Of a stretch of 64,000 bases of DNA, positions 1 through 13,803 are shown piece after piece. Both the position numbers and the translations under genes were made by a program. The DNA comes from an uncultured cyanobacterium (GTDB lineage Bacteria; Cyanobacteriota; Cyanobacteriia; Cyanobacteriales; Nostocaceae). The stretch spans positions 3,808,001-3,872,000 of the forward strand of contig OY970166.1 in the NCBI GenBank assembly GCA_963706595.1, written 5' to 3'. Each line of letters begins with the position of its first letter. Position 1 is the first letter of the stretch. The notes beneath the pieces are model-generated. The model saw only the letters and a program-made list of their open reading frames with translations. It was not told the origin of the DNA and searched no databases.

Positions 1-303
1 ATCCTCAGAGTGCTGATTCCGGCTGGCTTGTCTGGCATTGTCAGTTCTGTGATGTTGGCTATGGGTCGAGCCATGGGGGAAACTATGGTGGCCGCTATGC
101 TAGTTGGTAACGCCAACCGCATTAACATTTCATGGCTTCGTCCCGGATCGACTATTACAGGTTTGATTGCCTCCCAGTTCGGAGAAGCCGGACGCACCCA
201 AGTGGCGGCGCTGATGTACGCTGGCGTAGTGTTAATGATCTTGTCGCTGGTGGTGAACATTTTAGCTGAGATGATTATTCGTCGATTCCAGAATATTGAG
301 TAA
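1..303 (+). CDS. pstC: Phosphate ABC transporter permease PstC (5' end outside window)
   Basis: C-terminal GRAMGETM..LVGN motif; directly upstream of pstA and pstB. Confidence 0.93.
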   Translation: MLRVLIPAGLSGIVSSVMLAMGRAMGETMVAAMLVGNANRINISWLRPGSTITGLIASQFGEAGRTQVAALMYAGVVLMILSLVVNILAEMIIRRFQNIE

Positions 304-369
304 CGTTTCCGGCTTTTAACTCAGCTTTGATTCAGAGTAGATGCAAAATTAAGTTTACAAAGATTAATT

Positions 370-1275
370 ATGGATAATCTCAGTCATCAGCCTAACCTTG
401 GGTATAAAGGCAATGATTTCGATATCAGTGAGAAGACTATGGCTCCCCATCGCCGCCTCACTGGGCAGGTGTTGACGATTTTAACTATGGTCTTTGCCGC
501 CACGGTAGTTATCCCTCTGATTTGGGTTCTGGTGAGCGTATTTCAAAAGGGTGTTAGTTCCCTGGTATTTCCAGATATTTTTACTAAGCTCCCCCCACCA
601 CCTGGTTTATCTGAGGGGGGCTTTGGTCATGCCATTGTCGGGACTTTAATGACTCTGGGAATTGGTACAATGATTTCAGTTCCCTTTGGTGTAATTGCTG
701 CGATTTACCTGGCTGAGTTTGGTCGGGGGAGTAAGTTAGCTTATTTGGTGAAATTTTCCTGCAATGTCCTCACTGGAGTCCCGGCTATTCTGTGTGGTTT
801 ATTTGCTTATTCCATTGTGGTTACGCCTTTAAAGTCGTTTTCGGCTTTTTCTGGTGGTGTAGCCTTGGCTGTGTTAATGCTGCCCATTATTATTCGGTCT
901 ACGGAAGAGGCTTTGTTGCTAGTACCGAATGAGTTGCGGTTGGCTGCAACTGGTCTGGGGGCTACCAGATTTGAAACCGTTGTCCAGATTGTGTTACCCG
1001 CCGCGCTAACTTCAATTGTTACAGGTGTTGTTTTATCTGTTGCCCGCGCATCGGGGGAAGCGGCTCCCTTGCTGTTCACCTCCTTTAATAATAATTTCTG
1101 GGCTACGAATATTTGGGAACCTGTGGCAACTCTGCCAGTGTTGATTTACTTTTTCTCGATTATTCCCTATAAAGCTTCCCAGAGTTTGGCTTGGGCTGCT
1201 GCCTTAATATTATTGGCAATTGTGCTGTTGTTTAGTATTGTGTCTCGGTACTTTAGTCGGAAGAGGACGTTCTAG
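370..1275 (+). CDS. pstA: Phosphate ABC transporter permease PstA
   Basis: AAIYLAEF, LTGVPAILCGLF and ARASGEAAPLLFT motifs; operon context. Confidence 0.95.
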   Translation: MDNLSHQPNLGYKGNDFDISEKTMAPHRRLTGQVLTILTMVFAATVVIPLIWVLVSVFQKGVSSLVFPDIFTKLPPPPGLSEGGFGHAIVGTLMTLGIGTMISVPFGVIAAIYLAEFGRGSKLAYLVKFSCNVLTGVPAILCGLFAYSIVVTPLKSFSAFSGGVALAVLMLPIIIRSTEEALLLVPNELRLAATGLGATRFETVVQIVLPAALTSIVTGVVLSVARASGEAAPLLFTSFNNNFWATNIWEPVATLPVLIYFFSIIPYKASQSLAWAAALILLAIVLLFSIVSRYFSRKRTF

Positions 1276-1342
1276 CATCAGGGAGTTGGCATCAATTTTG
1301 GTGCTAGAAACTCATCTAGGTTCTATTTAAATTGGAGATATC

Positions 1343-2152
1343 ATGGAACAAAAAATGAGTAGTGCAACCGTAGATACTAAGCATATTTTTCAAGTCAACA
1401 ATCTATCGGTTTACTATGGCGGTGCGATCGCGCTTCGGGATGTGACAATGGATATCCAGAAGGATAAAATTACCGCTTTCATTGGTCCTTCGGGATGTGG
1501 TAAAAGCACTCTGCTGCGTTGCTTCAATCGCACTAATGACTTGATTGCAGGCGCTCAGGTCAAGGGACAACTAAATTACCGGGGCCAAAACTTTTATGCG
1601 CCTGGGGTTGATCCGGTGGTAGTCCGTCGTCGGATTGGAATGGTGTTTCAGCAGCCTAACCCTTTCCCGAAGACAATTTATGACAATGTAGCCTATGGCT
1701 TGCGGGTGAATGGCATTAAGAACAACATGGATGAGATTGTGGAAAATTCTCTCCGCCGTGCCGCCCTCTGGGATGAGGTGAAAGACAGTCTCCAGAAGTT
1801 GGGAACTTCCCTTTCAGGGGGACAACAGCAGCGTCTGTGTATTGCCCGCGCTATTGCAATTCAGCCAGATGTAATTCTGATGGATGAACCTTGCTCTGCC
1901 CTTGATCCTGTTTCGACGATGCGGATTGAGGAGTTGATGCTTGATCTCAAACAGCAATACACCATTGTCATTGTCACCCACAATATGCAGCAGGCTTCTA
2001 GGGTAGCCGATTATACGGCTTTCTTTAATGCTGAAGCCATGGAAGGAGGTAAGCGAGTGGGTTATTTGGTAGAGGTAGATACCACCGACAAGATTTTTTC
2101 GAGTCCTCAAAATCAAAGCACTCGCGATTATGTGAGTGGTCGTTTTGGTTAA
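1343..2152 (+). CDS. pstB: Phosphate ABC transporter ATP-binding protein PstB (copy 1)
   Basis: [33 protein letters not shown]; ends YVSGRFG. Confidence 0.96.
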   Translation: MEQKMSSATVDTKHIFQVNNLSVYYGGAIALRDVTMDIQKDKITAFIGPSGCGKSTLLRCFNRTNDLIAGAQVKGQLNYRGQNFYAPGVDPVVVRRRIGMVFQQPNPFPKTIYDNVAYGLRVNGIKNNMDEIVENSLRRAALWDEVKDSLQKLGTSLSGGQQQRLCIARAIAIQPDVILMDEPCSALDPVSTMRIEELMLDLKQQYTIVIVTHNMQQASRVADYTAFFNAEAMEGGKRVGYLVEVDTTDKIFSSPQNQSTRDYVSGRFG

Positions 2153-2314
2153 GGCTAGTACAGTACGGCGTAAATAGGCAGACTTTTTCCAAAAGTTCAA
2201 AATCCCAAAAAAAACCTTTGACTTTTGACCTATACTTCCTTCGTGGTACAAGCCCCCAGATTTATCCGTGGAATCAATCGAAAATCCGAAATCTAAAATT
2301 CTTCAGCCCCGATA

Positions 2315-2419
2315 TATAGCAGCCGCCAAGGAGATTAGGACATCGGAAAAGTCTAAAACCCAGTCAAAGCAAGTCTTTCACTTTTGACTTTTGATTTTCG
2401 ACTTTTGACTTTTGCTATA
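2315..2419. mobile_element. TA-flanked MITE (tatagc...gctata) nested in a REP-like repeat
   Basis: Its left end (tatagcagccgccaaggagattaggacat) is the near reverse complement of the right ends of the copies at 56872-57122; it interrupts an agcccc-gat-TA-tctgtggg unit like the one at 2251-2271. Confidence 0.6.
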
Positions 2420-2551
2420 TCTGTGGGATAAACCCAAAATCCCAAATCCCAAATTCAAAATCCGCAGTTATATGACTTTTGAGCCGTCCCAGACCTACTA
2501 TGTCGCAAGTCAGTTATCTATCGCCAAATTTCAAACTACACTATATTAATT

Positions 2552-3355
2552 ATGGCTACTAACACTAGTACCGTGAATGACACTGAAACCGCTTTACGCA
2601 CAGAGAACCTGAATGTTTACTACGGCAAGTTCTTAGCTTTGCAGAATATTTGGTTGGATATCCCGAAAAATCAGGTGACATCCTTTATTGGACCTTCTGG
2701 CTGTGGTAAAAGTACATTGCTGCGATGCTATAACCGTCTTAACGACTTGATTAATTCGTTTCGGGCTGAAGGTAAGGTTTATTTTTACAATAGTAATTTG
2801 TATGCACCAAATATTGATCCTGTAGAGGTGCGCCGCAGAATTGGGATGGTATTTCAAAGACCAAATCCGTTTCCGAAATCAATTTATGACAATATTACTT
2901 TTGGAGCCAAAATCAACGGTTATAAAGGTAATTTAGATGAATTGGTAGAACAAAGTCTGCGACAAGCTGCTTTGTGGGATGAAGTTAAAGATAAACTGCG
3001 GCAAAGTGGTACATCTTTATCTGGGGGACAACAGCAACGCTTGTGTATTGCCAGAGCGATCGCAGTACAACCAGAAATTATACTCATGGATGAACCTTGT
3101 TCTGCCCTAGACCCCATTTCGACTTTGCGGGTGGAAGAACTCATTCACGAACTCAAAGAAAAATATACTATTGTCATCGTTACCCACAATATGCAACAAG
3201 CTGCGCGAGTGTCTGATAAGACAGCATTTTTCAATGTGAAGCTTTCCGAAGGTGGGCGCAGTGGTTATCTCGTGGAATACAATTCCACAGAAATGATTTT
3301 CAATGATCCTCAGCAAGAAGATACCCGAGATTATGTCAGTGGCAGATTTGGTTGA
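2552..3355 (+). CDS. pstB: Phosphate ABC transporter ATP-binding protein PstB (copy 2)
   Basis: Same Walker A, signature and Walker B motifs; ends YVSGRFG. Confidence 0.96.
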   Translation: MATNTSTVNDTETALRTENLNVYYGKFLALQNIWLDIPKNQVTSFIGPSGCGKSTLLRCYNRLNDLINSFRAEGKVYFYNSNLYAPNIDPVEVRRRIGMVFQRPNPFPKSIYDNITFGAKINGYKGNLDELVEQSLRQAALWDEVKDKLRQSGTSLSGGQQQRLCIARAIAVQPEIILMDEPCSALDPISTLRVEELIHELKEKYTIVIVTHNMQQAARVSDKTAFFNVKLSEGGRSGYLVEYNSTEMIFNDPQQEDTRDYVSGRFG

Positions 3356-3382
3356 GCGCACAGATTGATCACTGTTTTTACT

Positions 3383-3420
3383 CCCCACCCGGCAAAACTT
3401 TGAAGGTGGGCATTTTTTTT
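3383..3420 (+). terminator. Probable intrinsic terminator of the pst operon
   Basis: cccacc...ggtggg stem followed by a run of 8 T, between convergent genes. Confidence 0.5.
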
Positions 3421-3471
3421 GATCATTTTACCAGTTATTGCAAAAATAATTAACCGAAACTTAGTAATTGA

Positions 3472-7521
<4,050 letters not shown>

Positions 7522-7673
7522 GGGTGTCTATCCCTACTCAGATTATTTTGAGTGATATTAATAATGACACAGGAAATTCAGTATGTGCGAAACATGAATT
7601 AATTGTAATAAATCTGACACACAATTAGCTGGCTTTGATGGCTTGACTTCTGCAACAACACATATAAACCCAA

Positions 7674-7706
7674 AGATCCCCGACTTCTTGAAGAAGTCGG
7701 GGATCT
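7674..7706. repeat. Perfect 16-bp-arm palindrome (REP-like; possible terminator after the NACHT gene)
   Basis: agatccccgacttctt-g-aagaagtcggggatct. Confidence 0.75.
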
Positions 7707-7734
7707 GAACCTCTACTAGCAATACTGATTCGGT

Positions 7735-10257
7735 TTACAGGTTTGATTTTAACATTCGCGTCTCGATTTCTTGCCACCAAGAAGGGGAAGTTTCGCCAAT
7801 TGCTGCTTTTTTGCAATCAATCATGAACCTAGTTGTATAGAGATATTGCGCCTTTAGTGTTTCTAGCTCTTCTTCAGATAAATCAATAATTTCTGGTGTT
7901 AAATTTAAAGCATCTAGCAAAATTATTCGGAATTCTTCAGCCCATTTATTAAGTTCTTTAAGTGGTTGTTGATTGGGAATATTAGATTTAAGTTTATCTA
8001 GGTTTTCAGATAGTTTAGTAAGTTTTTCATAATTAAATATTTGCAATATTTCAAGTTCACGCGTGGCCTCAATAGCTTGGTTAATGAAGTCGAAGTTGGC
8101 AATGGTGTAAGCGCAGGCATAGGCACTTACGATTAAGAATGGATTGGCGATGCCGTAGGTTTTAGCGATCAAGACGTAGGTCGTGTCGTAGTAGGTGTAG
8201 GCATTAGTGATGGCTATGCTGTAGACGTTTCCAATAGCAATTGCACGTTTACCCACAGGCTGAATAGCTCCTCCTGTTCCTGATGTAATCTCATCTGCCC
8301 AATTTAATAAAGCTTGCAATTTAGGCGTATTGATATAGTTTTGGGATTCTTCTTGCATCAAAGATAACAAATCACATGCATTATCACCCATCAATTCTGC
8401 TACCAATAAAAACACTTCTCGCCAGCGAGGATCTGTCAGGTGTCCTTTAACTAATTGCTCAATTCGCTCATTTTCAATAATGTATTGAGCAGTAAAATAT
8501 TCCTGAAATGTCAGATGAGAGAATGAGTAAATACCCGCCGAGTCAAAACCCTGCGCTCGTTTAATTAATAAGCCATGTTGCGCCTCTATAGCTTTTAGAA
8601 CTTCTAGACTCTCATTAGTTGAAATATCTTTGAGATATTCAGCAATATATGTTTGAATTTCAGTTTCCTCAAATAAAGCATATTGCTCTTGATTAAACTT
8701 ACGATTAGCCACATAACTCAGAAGTTTCTGCTTGTCATCTAGTGACAAATTACGATAACGTTCAACACCTAAATCTCGCTGGATATCGCTGTCTTTATGC
8801 CACTGTTCTAACAGCAGCTTGATTCCACTTTTATATAGTTTAGAACGTTGAAAGGGTAAATTTTTAGACTCACCGAAAATCCAGCAAGTCAAACTCAATA
8901 GGATGGGAGTTACAGCTAAATCAGCAATTTGCTTATTTTCCGGTAATCTGAGTGTTGCTAAAAATTTCGCTGTAAGTTCTTCACACTGCTGAGGTGTTAA
9001 TGTAGCAAACCAATTTTCAGCAAATTTTTCAACTTGTTGTGGTTTAAATTCAGCAACTTCAACATAATCGAAATTTTCTAAGGTGTATTCTGTTGTTTGC
9101 GTTCTACAAGTCAGGATAAAATGATTTTTGTAATACTGGGTTTCGCGAGAAAATTCCTCAATTTTCTTTTGAACATTTCGCCGTGAATCACTAGGAACTT
9201 CATCCAATCCATCCAGAAAAATCAAGACTTTACCTTGCTTGAGAATTTGCTTTGTCTGTTCCTGATCTGGCAAGTCAAATTCTTGATGGATCTCGTTTAA
9301 TAAATTGAACTGACTAGCATTTTTGATGGATCTAAGTTCAATCAAAATTGGGATGTGTTCAGATTTAAACTCACCCTGACAACAAGCAATAGCTAAATGT
9401 CGTAAAAATGTAGTTTTACCTGCACCGGTTTGACCCAAAATCATTAATTTATTGTATTTTTTTGCTACTGCAAATCCATCGTCTCTATCTCCACGCTGCC
9501 CTAATGCAACACGGTCAAAGTTATCTCCCAAATTCGAGTCTTGAAGTAGACTTTCCATTGTTGCAAAAGTCTCACTAGAAATACTTTTTAAAAGGTAAAC
9601 ATCCACATAAAGCTGGTCAACGTCAATCCGCTTACCATTCAATAACTTTATTTTGCTGTATAGGTTTTGAATCTTATCACAACATTGCGATCGCACTTGC
9701 TGAACTAGATCATCAATGGACATAATACCCTTTGAGTGAATGATACTGTCCTTTTCTTGGCGAAGCTTCACTTTCTCCTCATCATCAGCTACATATATCT
9801 CCTCTCCGTCTTTACGTCTAATCAGAAGATTGTTTCGTCGATATCCCCCTTGTAAATCTCTTGTCAGCGTGTGCAAAAATGGGCTTGGTGGAATAGAAAT
9901 AACAAATAAATATTTCCCATCTAGTGAGACTAATTCACAATTTATTTCTGCAATACGTGGATTGCAAGCTGAGTTAACTTTATCAAGTATTTGCTTTTTA
10001 TTAATTGTTATTTCGCCAACATCTCGTAAATCTCTTGTTCCGTCAAGCTTTAATTTATTTCCAGCACCAATAATGAGATATCCTGTTTCCGTTGCTGTCC
10101 CAATGTTTCCATTAGTTATAGATAATATATCCTTGATGAATTCATCCCATTCTTTATTTTCTACCTTGCCGCCATAGATTACCTTGGACTCGCTTTTAAA
10201 ATCAAGCTTTGCGCCTTCTTCCCTTCCAATCAAGCACCGGAGTTCTTCACTATCCAT
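7735..10257 (-). CDS. Schlafen/AlbA_2 domain-NACHT NTPase fusion (bacterial NLR-related STAND protein)
   Basis: N-terminal EE..KLDFKS...KDILSITNG...GYLIIG (AlbA_2 pattern); GQTGAGKTT Walker A; LIFLDGLDE Walker B; TPILL; FSHLTFQEYF; PRWREVFLL. Confidence 0.88.
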   Translation of the reverse strand: MDSEELRCLIGREEGAKLDFKSESKVIYGGKVENKEWDEFIKDILSITNGNIGTATETGYLIIGAGNKLKLDGTRDLRDVGEITINKKQILDKVNSACNPRIAEINCELVSLDGKYLFVISIPPSPFLHTLTRDLQGGYRRNNLLIRRKDGEEIYVADDEEKVKLRQEKDSIIHSKGIMSIDDLVQQVRSQCCDKIQNLYSKIKLLNGKRIDVDQLYVDVYLLKSISSETFATMESLLQDSNLGDNFDRVALGQRGDRDDGFAVAKKYNKLMILGQTGAGKTTFLRHLAIACCQGEFKSEHIPILIELRSIKNASQFNLLNEIHQEFDLPDQEQTKQILKQGKVLIFLDGLDEVPSDSRRNVQKKIEEFSRETQYYKNHFILTCRTQTTEYTLENFDYVEVAEFKPQQVEKFAENWFATLTPQQCEELTAKFLATLRLPENKQIADLAVTPILLSLTCWIFGESKNLPFQRSKLYKSGIKLLLEQWHKDSDIQRDLGVERYRNLSLDDKQKLLSYVANRKFNQEQYALFEETEIQTYIAEYLKDISTNESLEVLKAIEAQHGLLIKRAQGFDSAGIYSFSHLTFQEYFTAQYIIENERIEQLVKGHLTDPRWREVFLLVAELMGDNACDLLSLMQEESQNYINTPKLQALLNWADEITSGTGGAIQPVGKRAIAIGNVYSIAITNAYTYYDTTYVLIAKTYGIANPFLIVSAYACAYTIANFDFINQAIEATRELEILQIFNYEKLTKLSENLDKLKSNIPNQQPLKELNKWAEEFRIILLDALNLTPEIIDLSEEELETLKAQYLYTTRFMIDCKKAAIGETSPSWWQEIETRMLKSNL

Positions 10258-10340
10258 AACTTAAACTAAATAGCTAACTCCTAGTATAGAAACATCTGTG
10301 TTATTTTTTACCCAAATAATCGCGAACGAAGTTTTTTATC

Positions 10341-10598
10341 TCATTTGCCGATACGCTCAAGTTCTTCTCGCAAAACTCGCCTTAATGTATCTTCTAATGG
10401 TTCTCGATGCTGCTGAATATATTCACGCAAAACATCGTTAATCAAAGTTTGGTAATTTCCCCCACCTGCTAGGTGAACTTGCTCACGAAACCATGCCAGT
10501 ATTTCATCATCTAGGCGAATTGTAATTCGAGTTTTGCCAGATGGCGTTGGCTCAATTGCTCCTCGCTTACCTTGGCTAAAATGATACTCAGTTTCCAT
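10341..10598 (-). CDS. BrnA-family antitoxin (orphan)
   Basis: EYHFSQGKRG; KTRITIRLDDEILAWFR; GNYQTLINDVLREY. Confidence 0.85.
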   Translation of the reverse strand: METEYHFSQGKRGAIEPTPSGKTRITIRLDDEILAWFREQVHLAGGGNYQTLINDVLREYIQQHREPLEDTLRRVLREELERIGK

Positions 10599-10615
10599 AA
10601 ATTATCCCTTTTCAT

Positions 10616-10683
10616 AACGAACCACACCAGACGCAGAGAACACAGAGGAATCAGGGTTTGAGAGAGTTTTTGCGTAAGTCCTG
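10616..10683 (-). repeat. Dispersed repeat (aggacttacgca...ctctgtg..ctctgcg..tggttcgtt family)
   Basis: Related copy on + strand at ~29355-29419; partial copy at ~41113-41143. Confidence 0.6.
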
Positions 10684-10687
10684 TTGT

Positions 10688-10966
10688 TTAAAAATCTTCA
10701 TCATCAACAAAAAACTCAGCATCGTCATCAAATCGAGACTTACTCGAACCTGAACCAACAAGACCCCAAAGAGGTTGCAGTAAAGCCATACCAATTAAAC
10801 CCACGCCAGCGCTAAAAGCCAGCACTAAACCGACTGGGATTTGAATTGTTTGAAAAGTTAAGAATTTTAAAGATACAGGTGTGGCATTTTGAACTGAGAT
10901 AATCGCGATCGCGACTACCCAAATAGCCACAACTAGAGATATAAAAATAGGAATCAAAGTTTTCAT
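10688..10966 (-). CDS. LapA/DUF1049-like small membrane protein
   Basis: Two TM segments; SVQNATPVSLKFL motif; acidic tail. Confidence 0.75.
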   Translation of the reverse strand: MKTLIPIFISLVVAIWVVAIAIISVQNATPVSLKFLTFQTIQIPVGLVLAFSAGVGLIGMALLQPLWGLVGSGSSKSRFDDDAEFFVDDEDF

Positions 10967-11027
10967 AATAATTAAAATTCATACTCCCCTCTCCTTACCA
11001 AGGAGAGGGGCTGGGGGTGAGGTTTGA

Positions 11028-12467
11028 TTAAACTGCTACTGCTTCTAGTTTAGCTATGGAACTTTGCATTTCCTGAGCAACCTTGGCTAGTTTCTCAGCC
11101 GAATTGGTTTCCAGGTAAACGCGTACCAGAGGTTCTGTACCAGAAGGACGCAGCAAAATCCAGCTACCTTCTTCTAAATACAATTTAATTCCGTCTTTGC
11201 GTCCAACTTCTTTGACTTTAATCCCGGCTACCTCCGAAGGGGGATTTTTAGTAAAGGAATCAATGACAGCAGTTTTGTGTGCCTCTGTCAAGTGCAAATC
11301 CAGACGGTCATTGTAAAGCGGACCATCAGCTTCGGCGATCGCTTCCTTCACCAATTGACTCAAGGGTTTACCTTCATAGGCGATCGCTTCTGCCACCAGC
11401 ATATCGGCTAAAATCCCGTCTTTTTCGGGAATATGCCCAATTACACTTAAACCGCCTGATTCTTCACCCCCAATCAGCACGGCAGTTTCCCGCATTTTCT
11501 CACCAATGAATTTAAAACCAACGGCTGTTTCATAAATTGGCAAACCATGTTTAGCTGCGAAATTATCCAGCAGGTGAGTTGTGGCCACAGTACGGACTAT
11601 CGCGCCACTTTGACCTTTGTTTTTAATTAAATGACGTGCTAGTAATAACAGCACAGTATTGGGGGTGAGAAAATTTCCTAATTCATCAACAATACCAAAG
11701 CGATCGGCATCGCCATCTGTAGCCAAGCCCAAATCGGCTTTATCGGCACGTACTGCCTCCACTAACCCAACGAGTTGTTCACCCTTGGGTTCGGGCATTC
11801 CGCCGCCAAATAGCACATCACGAGTCGTGTTAAAGCTTTCTAACTGACAGCCACAGTGTTGCAAAACTTCATCTAAATAACCGCGAGAAGTCGAATAAAG
11901 GGCATCGTACTTCACCTTTAAATTCGCACCCTTGATGCGTTCTACATCCAGTAGGGTGTAGATAAACTTGAGATACTCTGGTTTGGGGTTAAACATAGAA
12001 ATTGCCCCAGCCGGAACACTTCCAGGCAGCGCATCAGAGGCACTTTCAATGTTCGCCACAATAGTATCAGTAATTTCTGGAGTGGCAGGTCCAGCATAAT
12101 CAGGGATATATTTAATTCCACAGTAAGGTGCTGGATTATGGCTGGCAGTAAACATCAAAGCGCCTGCGGAATTTAACAGCCGGGCGTTGTAGGCAATTAC
12201 TGGTGTAGGGCAGTCCCGGTCAGTAATTTTCACAGTCCAACCCAAGTCTGCCAAGACTTCAGCTGCTGTTTGAGCGAACTGGTCAGCTAAAAATCTAGTA
12301 TCGTAGGCAATAAGAACTGGTCTATCTTTTGTATAGGCTGTTTCGAGGTAACTTGCGATCGCCCTTGTTACTTTCCGCACATTGGGAAAAGTAAAATCAT
12401 CAGCTATAATTCCTCTCCAACCGTCAGTACCAAATTTTATTTTGTTTGAATTGCTACTAGCGCTCAT
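11028..12467 (-). CDS. pgm: Phosphoglucomutase/phosphomannomutase family protein
   Basis: FGTDGWRG, TASHNP, DGDADR, GGEESGG, RPSGTEP. Confidence 0.93.
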   Translation of the reverse strand: MSASSNSNKIKFGTDGWRGIIADDFTFPNVRKVTRAIASYLETAYTKDRPVLIAYDTRFLADQFAQTAAEVLADLGWTVKITDRDCPTPVIAYNARLLNSAGALMFTASHNPAPYCGIKYIPDYAGPATPEITDTIVANIESASDALPGSVPAGAISMFNPKPEYLKFIYTLLDVERIKGANLKVKYDALYSTSRGYLDEVLQHCGCQLESFNTTRDVLFGGGMPEPKGEQLVGLVEAVRADKADLGLATDGDADRFGIVDELGNFLTPNTVLLLLARHLIKNKGQSGAIVRTVATTHLLDNFAAKHGLPIYETAVGFKFIGEKMRETAVLIGGEESGGLSVIGHIPEKDGILADMLVAEAIAYEGKPLSQLVKEAIAEADGPLYNDRLDLHLTEAHKTAVIDSFTKNPPSEVAGIKVKEVGRKDGIKLYLEEGSWILLRPSGTEPLVRVYLETNSAEKLAKVAQEMQSSIAKLEAVAV

Positions 12468-12573
12468 TGTTGCCCCTTTCTCCCGAATATCTTGAATACT
12501 ATAGGAAGCTTCCCCTAAAGCGTGCGTAGCCGCAAGTCTCCCCCAACGTATTTTTTCTCACTGATATTGAGCA

Positions 12574-13437
12574 ATGTCATTTACTAATCGACCTTTTGCC
12601 AGTTATCACCTTTGGTCTTTAGTCGCCCCAGCCACAGGACAAGAACGTTGGCATTGCCAGATGAGAAGGGGGTTTATTAAAGCGCGTCAACATGAACCGC
12701 AAGTTAAAGCGCTGTTAGGTAAGGCTACAGCACCCCAGAGGATTGGTATCCTCGCCCAAAAAGGCGTTTATGAATTCCATCATAATAGACATCTGTTACA
12801 CCAATCAGACGGTGTAGACCAAGTTGCCCAGTTACTCAAATTAAGCAACTCAACTGAACAAGTACAACAGCGCGTACGGCAAATTCTGCAAAAATATCAT
12901 GATGCCCCATTACTGTTAAATAAACAGATTGTCCAATTAACACGGGGAGATGAAGGCTTTCCCAAGCCCATTTTTGTGGAACAGGAAGATGTGCATTTCC
13001 GCTTATATGCAGCTATGGACTGTGTTTTTCAAGAGTCTGATTGTACGTTGCATATTTTAGACTTTAAAACTGGCAAATCTGCCTTTGACAGACGACAAGC
13101 ATTAGTTTATCTCCTAGCTGCGCGTTATCTTTACCCTGAACTACAAGCAGTAGCATCATTTTATAATCTGGAGATGTCTCAAAAATCCGATTTAATTAGC
13201 CTGAATAACCGGGAATTAGATTCTTTAAAGTTAGATTTAGCAAATATTGCCAACAAGCATCAATCCGATATCCGAAAATATCACGAAAAAGCCAGTAATT
13301 TTAGTCAAATATTTCCTCCCAACCCAGGTAAACACTGCCGTTTTTGTCCCTTTAACTCAATTTGTGATTTTTCTGAAAAGACATCTTATTCACACCCATT
13401 GCCTAATTTGAGAACTAATGGCAGAGGAGGGGGTTGA
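12574..13437 (+). CDS. PD-(D/E)XK nuclease, Cas4/AddB-like with probable Fe-S cysteines
   Basis: AAMDC...ILDFKTG...RQALVY; C-terminal CRFCPFNSIC plus N-terminal Cys (WHCQ). Confidence 0.82.
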   Translation: MSFTNRPFASYHLWSLVAPATGQERWHCQMRRGFIKARQHEPQVKALLGKATAPQRIGILAQKGVYEFHHNRHLLHQSDGVDQVAQLLKLSNSTEQVQQRVRQILQKYHDAPLLLNKQIVQLTRGDEGFPKPIFVEQEDVHFRLYAAMDCVFQESDCTLHILDFKTGKSAFDRRQALVYLLAARYLYPELQAVASFYNLEMSQKSDLISLNNRELDSLKLDLANIANKHQSDIRKYHEKASNFSQIFPPNPGKHCRFCPFNSICDFSEKTSYSHPLPNLRTNGRGGG

Positions 13438-13439
13438 AA

Positions 13440-13618
13440 AAGAGGCAAGGGAGCAGGGAGCAGGGAGTAGGGGGGAAAGTCCAGATGGGGATTCGACCCC
13501 ACCAGGAAGAGAACCACTTTGTAGAAGTGGGGGACTCAGACCCATGTTCTGCTCCGCTTCACGGCAGGAGGAAGGGGTCATTTCCCCCTGCTAGAAAGCC
13601 CACTTCCCCCTGCCTCTT
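13440..13618. repeat. Inverted-repeat-bounded element (aagaggca...tgcctctt) containing (cagggag)n
   Basis: Terminal inverted repeat, internal ggggattcgacccc hairpin; the ORFs across it look spurious. Confidence 0.5.
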
Positions 13619-13724
13619 CGTTGAGGAAGATGGGGGGACAAAAGGATTTGCCAGAAATCAATTATCCATATTGTGCTGTGGGCATGGATAGGGGACGGGT
13701 GGGGACACCCATCCCACAACAAAA

Positions 13725-13803
13725 TTGGTCATTGGTCAGTTGACCAATGACCAATGACTAATGACTAATGACCAATGACCAATGACCAATGACTAATGAC
13801 TAA
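13725..13803. repeat. STRR heptamer tract (aatgacy)n with an inverted (ttggtca)2 head
   Basis: Read directly; overlaps the stop codon of the transglutaminase-like gene. Confidence 0.9.

Noticed and set aside
1343..3355. Duplicated pstB as a novelty
   Set aside because: Tandem pstB paralogs are common in cyanobacterial pst operons
13390..13691. ORFs 13434-13691 (+) and 13390-13581 (-)
   Set aside because: They are translations of repeat DNA (GSREQG / LLPAPCS patterns)
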